DNA of 54,366 nucleotides from Intoshia linei (lineage: Eukaryota; Animalia; Orthonectida), in NCBI GenBank assembly GCA_001642005.1, contig LWCA01000116.1, positions 1 to 54,366 of the forward strand, in the 5' to 3' direction. The notes under the pieces are model-generated. The model did no database searches. It was not told the DNA's origin and was given only the letters and a program-made list of their open reading frames with translations. Shown here in pieces: positions 49,376 through 54,366 of this stretch. Both the position numbers and the translations under genes were made by a program. Position 1 is the first letter of the stretch. The number at the start of each line of letters is the position of its first letter.

Positions 49376-51683
49376 ATGACTGATACATTAAAAGTGAAAT
49401 ATTTCTTACTGGTAATTTCAGCATTAATTAATGCATTTTTTACTTTTGAATTGACGTACGATGCAATAATTTCATCAAAACATGATGGTATGATATTTTA
49501 TTAATATAGTAATTTCCAACAATCCATAATCCCACTTGTAAAAGTAAAAATAATTGAAAAAAATATAAAATACATTAAATTTCAAAAAATGACGTGATTA
49601 TGAAAGTATGGAAATTATTATTTTTAATTTAAAATAAATTTTTGATAAGTTATTGAAACCGGCGGAAATTATATTTGGACTAGTTACCTCAACAAAATAA
49701 AATATTCTAATCTTTATGCGGAATCTAAGAAAACAGGCGACTTTGTGGTTGATGTTGTATTAATAGAACCGAATATATATAATTTTACGAAATCTGGTAC
49801 TTCTTTTAAATTGAGGGATTGTAAAAAAAATGTAATTTACAATATACTCATGCCAATTCGATCATCACAACAAAATTTGAATACAACGTTCATGAGTTTG
49901 AAAAATGAAAAAAAATGTGTAAAAAATTTAAATGGGCACATTATATTAACAAGCACTTGTAAACTTTGTAGTTTGATTGTAAAAATTGAAAATGAAGGTA
50001 AACTTTGCAATTTTTTGAACTTATATATCCGTATTTAGGCTTGTTGAATCATTATGACTTTTTTATAAAGGTAAATTCGTATACTATAAAATGTAATAGC
50101 AAAGAAACATGTATTATTGATAGTGAAAAAATTGGGTACTTGTCAATGAATTCATATTATTCAATCGTTTAGTAAAAACTACAAAAATGTGTTATTGGAA
50201 TTTGATTATCCACCAACAAACCATACAGAATCGGGAACATGTTATAGTTTGTATTCAGCGGCATGTTTCTATAAGAAATCAACAGATTGGTCTATTGAAG
50301 GAATTAAAGTTATTTTTTTACTACAAAAATGATATTAACAAAATTATTTTAAATGTTTTGAAAATTAAAAAATTGCGTAGTAATGAAAAAAACCCGAAAA
50401 AATCCATTTATGAGATTTCTACCCATATCTCTTTATTAGAAATTTGATGACGTTCAATGCACATTTTTTTTTAAGATGTAAGATGAATATTTACCTTTTT
50501 ATTTTGTATTTATATGAACTGGAATAAGCTTTATCAGTATAATCTTTTCTTTTTTTTAATTATGGGACCATTAGTTATTTCAAATTTCTAATTTTACATA
50601 AAATTGTTAATAAAATAGTTAATAAATAAAAAAAAAAACTAAAGTGCTTTTTTGAACGTGAAGGCGTCACTTTTTCAGATTGAAATTTTTTGAGTGTTAA
50701 CTGGATATAGCTATATCATCTGTATTTTTTTTTTTTTAAATTCTTGGACCATTTTAATTTTTTTAAAAAATGGTAATCTGGGGTTTTCATCGTGAAACGT
50801 TACTTTTTTCGGATTACAATTTATGATAATGTTTATGATTTTAAAATCTATCCCACAATTTATGTTGTATAAAATTCTAGGATTTTTTTTATTTTTACAA
50901 AAAAGGGTAATTTAGGGTTTTGGTCGTGAATATATAATATTTTGAAATGTATCATTATGTTGATGATTTGCCTCTTACTTTCTTAAATAAACCGGAACAG
51001 ATGAACAGACAAATAAACAAATAGACATTGTTAACTAACTTACATTATACATTGTATAAGTGAGGAAATTCATATACAAATGTATTCAATTCAAATTTTA
51101 TTTATCAACAATTTATGATAATAAACCATTTTCATTAAACACACCATAAAATACAGTGTAAATCAGTACAATCACCAAAATTTAAGTATTCCTTTTTTGA
51201 AAAAACTGAAAATTCTCAAAATAAAGTGTATTATGATTTTGGAAATTTTTGGCATTTCTTTTTCCATAACTTTTGTGTGTATTATACTGTGTTTATGATT
51301 ACTAAAAACTTTTAGGTTGGTCCTCTGACAAGTAAAACACATTTACATTGTGTTTCAAACCATTTAACAATATTTTCGGGTGATTTCTTTGTCCAGATGA
51401 ACACTATCGATTTAGACAATTCTGGATTTACCAAATTGAATGAAAATCCAATTGCATTTTCAGCAATCGTTATTATTTTGTGTTTATACATAATCATTTT
51501 GCCTTTTGTACGAAGACAAGATAGAATTGATTTAGAAAAGGTAAACAAAAATAACAATGCATTAATAATTTTTTACAATTATTATTATATTTATCTAGAC
51601 GAGTCTCAGTTACATTGTTGAAAATATTGATCATAAATTCATTTATTTGGTAGATATTATAACTGGAAATGTGTTGTCAGCTG
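49376..51683 (+). CDS. Polycystin-1-like protein (signal peptide, GAIN/GPS, TM1, start of PLAT); 3' exons not found in window
   Basis: Exons 49376-49487, 49650-49997, 50039-50135, 50173-50308, 51316-51540, 51599-51683: CFYKKSTDWSIEGIK|VGPLTSKTHLHCVSNHLTIFSGDFFV...NPIAFSAIVIILCLYIIILPFVRRQDRID...YLVDIITGNVLSAG. Confidence 0.88.
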
Positions 51684-52294
51684 GTAATTTGACTTAATTT
51701 ATACAAGTATTCTTATCGGTCTGCGAAAATTGGACTAAATACAGTAGTCCATATAATTTAAATTTTAAAAGAAACATACGTTTTAATTTAAATTGAAAAA
51801 TAATTTTTTATTAAAAAGTTGGTTAATGATGTTCTTCTTTGAGACACAAATGATCCATTTGTCCAAATGTATCTTTCGATTTGTGCTGATGTAGACTTAA
51901 TAGTCATTAATGCATCACGAAGAGAATATAAGTATTTTGGTAATGTTTAATCTTTTAGTATTGAATTCAAACTCTGCTAGCTACCTTTTTCGATACTTTT
52001 TAACATAAGGTAGAAAAGGTAAAAAAAGTGTAGTTAACCTATATTGAAAAATGTAAAAAATTAAATATAATTTACCGGTAACTCTGGAATAGATCTGAAT
52101 TAATTTGTCTAGTGACTTTTATAATTCCATTACATATCCGTAAATCTTGCAAGATCGGTATCATCTCTGAGTTCATCGTTAGATGAATCAATAAACTTCA
52201 AATACTCTCAATACTGTTAAAAAAAATCATAGAATTATTGTTTTGGCTAATTTAAAAAGAAAAGTTAAGACGGCTTAGCATATTATATTTGAAA

Positions 52295-53467
52295 CTAGGT
52301 TGACTGTAATATGTACTACGTACAAACAGCACCTAGCTCTGCCGAGAGCACATTTTTATTCTACCAAAAAAATAAATTCATGTTGAAAATCTAACTTAAA
52401 CATTCTACTATTCACTACTATCAATCCTTTAAATGAATGGTTCCCAAACTTGTTTCAGGTGGAACCGTCATATCACATTACTTTAATTTTTACTTTAAAG
52501 TTAATTATTCCATCTTAATTTTGTTTTGTTAACATTTGCGTAAAGCATTTTTAAAAATTTTAAAAACTGTTATCCCATTTAAGGATTGTAATAAATATAA
52601 AAATAATAATAACAAAGTTTTATTACTTTTAGTTTCGTTGTTGTAGTTTAAATTTGAAATTTAAAAATTGCGTAATAATAAAAAAAATTCCTAAGGAATG
52701 AATTATATAGATTTTCACCCATATTTCTTTATTGGAAATATGTAGAGGTTCAAGGCTTGAACTTCAAGCACATTTTTTTTGAAATTGTAGGATCAATATT
52801 CACATTTTCAATTTTTATTTTAATCGAAATATTTGAAAAATATTGGTTGATAATATATTAAAAATTATTTTTTACCGGGAATGCGTAGATTTCTGGGATT
52901 GAAATTTTGTATTTATATCACCTGGAATAATCTTTATCAGAATAATTTTTTTTAATTTTCAGACCATTAATTATTTCACATTTTTTGTTTTAATAAAATA
53001 TTTGGAAAAAAAATATATGAATACTAAAATGCTTTTTTGACCGTAAAGTCGTCATTTATTCAAACTGAAATTTTTTATGTGTGTTAACAGGATACAACTC
53101 TACCACCTGTAAATTTTTTGAAATTCTAGGGTTATTTTCATTAAAAAAAATAATGGAAATTTGGAGTTTTGGTCCTGAAGATATATTTTTTTTAAATTTA
53201 AATTTATGACAATATTTATGATTTTAAAATCCGTATGAGAGTATATATTTTTTAAATTCTCGAACTCGTTTTATTTTCAAAAAAAAGGATAATTGGGGTT
53301 TTTGACTTGTAAGATATGAATTTGGGAGGTTGAAATTTATTTTGCTAACACCCTGTAAAAAACTGTAATTGAAATGTGGACTTTATAAAATTATAAGACT
53401 GGTAATTATTGAAATAAATGGTAACACACATAAAAAAAATATTGCATAGCGTATTACATAAGTAAGA
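52295..53467 (-). mobile_element. Near full-length non-autonomous Helitron-like element (~1.17 kb)
   Basis: 5' TCTTACTTATGTAATACGC near 53467; 3' hairpin and CTAG|T at 52295. Confidence 0.8.
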
Positions 53468-54366
53468 AAATCGTCAATTTTTAGTGGTCCTAGTAAGGAT
53501 ACTACATGTATAATATACATCAGCCATGTCAAACTCAAGTACGTGGCGGCCGGCCGCATCATAAAAAATTTTGTAGCATGAATAAAATTTAAACGCAAAT
53601 TTCGACAAATTTATTATTGAATAATTTTTTGAATTTGATTATAACTCCAATATCTCCATAATGTTTTGACACCCATTAGGGTTACATATTTGTATTGTTC
53701 AATATCTTTAACTATCAAATTCAGACATTTTAATTTTTTCACAGAGACGTGATATAAATTAAAATATTGGCTCAAAGGTTTGTTTTGCGTTGAATATTTT
53801 AGCGGGTTGTAAAAATCGCAACCGAGAAAAAAATCGTAAATATGTTTGGAATTCGAGCGGTATGGTTTGTTTAATTTTTGAAAATTTTGTTCGGTCATCG
53901 ATGCTAATATTATTCAAAAGATAATACATATTAACGTCGTCGATTACGGAGCAAAATTGGCGAGTTCTTTCTTCTTAATTATAATTCTATCTTGGAAGTT
54001 TTTTAAATTGTTATGTATTCATTATGCAAGATTGATTTTTTAACATTAATATTCGATTGATATAACTAGAATTTTAATTTAATATGGTTTGCAAGTATTA
54101 ATACAAATTTAGAATTAATTGTTAATTACCATTATTTACATTATTTAATGTTTATAAGCATGCTTTTAATCATATCACTGATCTAGTTTAGGTCTGACAA
54201 TGATATACTATTCAATTTGAAATATTTAATAATATAAATATATCATGTATATTATACATTATACTAATAATATAGTATATATACATTAGGGTGTCCACTT
54301 TTTTAAAGATCAAAAAGTATATTTGCATATAGATGTATTTTTATGCGCTGATCACGATTATGTATA

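Noticed and set aside
1-54366. Prokaryotic defence systems, rRNA or spliceosomal snRNA genes
   Set aside because: No recognisable signatures by eye; all identified genes are animal-type and nearly all are spliced.

Overview
Very AT-rich animal genomic scaffold with compact GT-AG introns (mostly about 35-60 nt), six single-'n' joins and heavy, often nested DNA-transposon/Helitron content. The style is consistent with a reduced invertebrate genome such as an orthonectid-like parasite (inference only). Hand-splicing both strands recovers 11 protein genes that the ORF track mostly shows only as fragments: a micro-exon-rich unknown gene (1065-3992,+); a tight minus-strand trio AKAP14-like, TBL1/ebi and a CARD-coiled-coil-Bcl-2-TM fusion gene; a highly divergent COG8; intronless SNRNP27 overlapping a TEX52-like gene tail-to-tail; the first two exons of an LCAT/PLA2G15-like gene; and a plus-strand trio NF-YA, LDLa-repeat membrane protein and a miniature polycystin-1-like gene. 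Also present are tRNA-iMet, an intronless tRNA-Leu(CAA) and a tRNA-derived Pol III-like cassette inside a hAT MITE. The best candidate for an undescribed system is the tail-anchored CARD-Bcl-2 fusion (5648-6916,-). All family assignments come from motif recognition from memory, not from database searches.
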